DNA of 63,652 nt, counting the filler, from Octopus bimaculoides (taxonomy: Eukaryota): assembly GCF_001194135.2 (NCBI RefSeq). It is 8 parts of 6 records of this genome, joined end to end, with 100 filler letters (N's around TTAATTAATTAA, not from the genome) between each part and the next. Parts side by side here need not be neighbours in the genome. Positions count along the whole stretch, not along the records: positions 59,011 to 62,441 come from NC_068986.1; positions 62,542 to 63,652 come from NC_068987.1; 6 more parts are not named here. One strand, given 5' to 3'. The notes beneath the pieces were generated by a model that worked only from the letters and a program-made list of their open reading frames with translations, searched no databases and was not told where the DNA came from. Each line of letters begins with the position of its first letter. Position 1 is the first letter of the stretch. Of the stretch, positions 61,267-63,652 are shown in pieces. The translations under genes were made by a program, and so were the position numbers.

Positions 61267-61667
61267 GTAATTTTGTATAATTGTAATATTGTTTGTCAGC
61301 CATTTTAGGTCATCTTTTCCTTCCTTCCTTCGAGGGTCGATAAAATAAAGTACCAGTCATGTACTGAGGTCCATCTATTCGACTGTTTCCCTACGCCAAA
61401 TTTCTCTTGTCCCTGTATTAGAAATAGCTATTCTGTTTTTTTTAGTTTATTGTTGTTACTGTTGTTTTTTAATGTTATTCTCGTTATGATAATTGTTGTT
61501 GTTGATGATGATGATGATGATGATGTTTAACCCCAGGTCATCTTTGATTGAGTAAGTCAATTAGCTATTGTTTAACGCCAATTCACTCACGATTGGACAA
61601 AGTTATGATAAAAGACGTTAAAATAGCAAGCATCCTGTTTATTTCGTAAACATTCTTATATTTTTAT

Positions 61668-62013
61668 AATCATTTGACTGTGACCATGCTGGAGTAAACC
61701 CTTAAAGGGTTTTAGTCGAAGAAATTAACCCCAGTTCTAAAGTTCTTATTCTTTATATGCCTACTACTTATTCTATCGTTCTCTTTTGCCGTGATGGTGG
61801 GGCAAACAGACACAAAGACACACACATCAATATGTATATACACACACATACGCACACATATCTGTATACGAAGGGGTTCTTTCGGTTTCCGTGTACCAAA
61901 TCCACTCACGAGGCTACAGTAGAAGACACTTGACCAAAGTGCCACGCATGGTACTGAACCCGAGACCATGTGGTTAAAAAGCGAGCTTCTTACCACACAG
62001 CCACGCCTGAGCC
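61668..62013 (-). mobile_element. SINE family S1 with internal deletions
   Basis: catttgactgtgaccatgctggag...gaagacacttgaccaaagtgccacg...cttcttaccacacagccac. Confidence 0.85.
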
Positions 62014-62153
62014 TGTATACTTTTTATGAAAGCTGAACAAAATCTTCATAACTTTTACTCAGAGTTTCACATCATCGTTCGTGGCACAAGTGTGATCAGG
62101 CTAAACTAAAAATTCTGTGTGTGTGTGTATACATACATATATGCATACATACA

Positions 62154-62185
<32 letters not shown>

Positions 62186-62410
62186 GTGCTTATTTTTTCG
62201 GCCTCTTTTAATTTGTTGCTAGTTATCAATCACTATTCAGTTTTTAATTGTGATAATTCTTCCAATGCAATATAGTGTGTGTATATATATATATATATAT
62301 ATTAAAACGTAGGGTAAAAAATCATATATTGATTAATATCGATTTATTACCAGGAAGCTAGCACATTTAAAGAATCAGAGAGATTCAGAAACAATATCTG
62401 CGATCTCAGG

Positions 62411-62441
<31 letters not shown>

Positions 62442-62541
62442 NNNNNNNNNNNNNNNNNNNNNNNNNNNNNNNNNNNNNNNNNNNNTTAATTAATTAANNN
62501 NNNNNNNNNNNNNNNNNNNNNNNNNNNNNNNNNNNNNNNNN

Positions 62542-62733
62542 AAAGCGAAAGCAGTAGCAGTAGCAGCGGCCGGCCTCGCATCGGGTTAATATTCCCGAAG
62601 AGAATCGGGTTAATATTCCCGAACCCGAACTCGGAGAGTGCCCGTCCGGCGGCCGGGCGAAGCAGCGGCAACGCAAGCGAGGCCGGAGACGTTGCCGGGA
62701 GCCCCGGGAAGAGTTCTCTCTTCTTTGTAAAGG
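62542..62733 (+). rRNA. 28S rRNA gene fragment (D7 region), orphan
   Basis: aatcgggttaatattcccgaacc...gcggcaacgc...ccggagacg..gccgggagccccgggaagagttctctcttctttgtaaagg follows the conserved eukaryotic LSU sequence; contains a 20-bp internal duplication; homology stops at ~62733. Confidence 0.85.
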
Positions 62734-63652
62734 ACCGCAGTGTCCGATTGGAACATTGGAGTCGAGAGATGGTCGGTGGCCAGTTGTCGTGTAGTGAGTG
62801 CACCTGCGACGGTTTGGGTACGTTGCTGTGACAGGTGGCGGTGGGTTTTTGTGCCTGCCCTGTGGAGGTATATTGACAGCTAGGAAGCCAATAGTCAGTG
62901 GGTGGATGCACCATCGGGTTTGCCTGGTATGTTATGATCATTCGGGATTCGGTGGTTGATGGGCGAGTGAGGTGATCCACTGAATTTTGCCTGATTGATG
63001 GATGCACTGCCAGGTTTTACCCTTTGGGACACTACCTTGGCGTGGTGATAGAGCTTACGTCCGTGTGGGGAGGTATGTCGGATAGGTTGTAAAACAATGC
63101 CGAATATTTGCCCTCGCATGGACAAACTAAATGTGTCCCTTCCTCCATGGCGGTTCCAGTTAGTCTGGTGGAGGCCATGTGATATATGGGTGATCCTGAC
63201 TGAGGGGAGTGGGCCTTCCGGGGGTGATTGGTGGAATGCTGATAGTCTGCCTCCTGGTGGAATTCACTGGCCGACATGGGGTACGTTATGACCCGTGTCG
63301 ATGGTGAGTGAAGACCCGTTTCGGGCGGGGTTGCGCGGTACGTTATGACCCATTCGTCTCGGTGAGGTCCGGTGTGTCATGGCCTCTTGACCCCAGCAGG
63401 TGGATGACCACCGAGGTCACCACTGGTTTTTCGTATATCGTTTCGACTTTTGCCGGTGTGTGATACCTCGCTGTTTCGGAGGGGTGGATGCACTGCCGCG
63501 CATTTGCTTTCCACGAGCTGTTGGCATTGGGTGGATGCACTGCCCTTCGTTGGCCGGAAGATGCACCAGTGAGTTAAGGTGAAGGTATGTCTGCTGTCCC
63601 TAGTTTTGGGTCTGTGCCTGGAGATCGTTTCGCTTATGCATTCATGGAAATT

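Overview
AT-rich animal genomic DNA from a gappy draft assembly: many N runs, several carrying a synthetic TTAATTAATTAA spacer, and very dense CA/TA/GATA/CAT microsatellites. The tRNA-derived SINE and RTE repertoire is most consistent with an octopus (coleoid cephalopod) genome; this is an inference. No complete protein-coding gene is recognisable, and nearly all ORF-track entries are microsatellite or gap artefacts. The window is mostly layered mobile DNA: several tRNA-derived SINE families with exchanged heads and tails, RTE, CR1-like and R4/Dong-like LINE fragments, a decayed Penelope-like element (RT thumb + GIY-YIG), and hAT, mariner, piggyBac-like and Helentron-like non-autonomous elements, some nested. 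It also has a degenerate tRNA-Glu(TTC), a 28S rRNA fragment fused to an unexplained GC-rich sequence, and a few unnamed candidate exons. The most notable unexplained signal is about ten type I hammerhead-ribozyme-like motifs, most inside fold-back (inverted) repeats. Several have an unusually long (56-102 nt) helix II hairpin. One compact motif sits in a 344-bp unit that restarts in tandem, like a retrozyme or Penelope pseudo-LTR. All structures were folded by eye and none was tested computationally.
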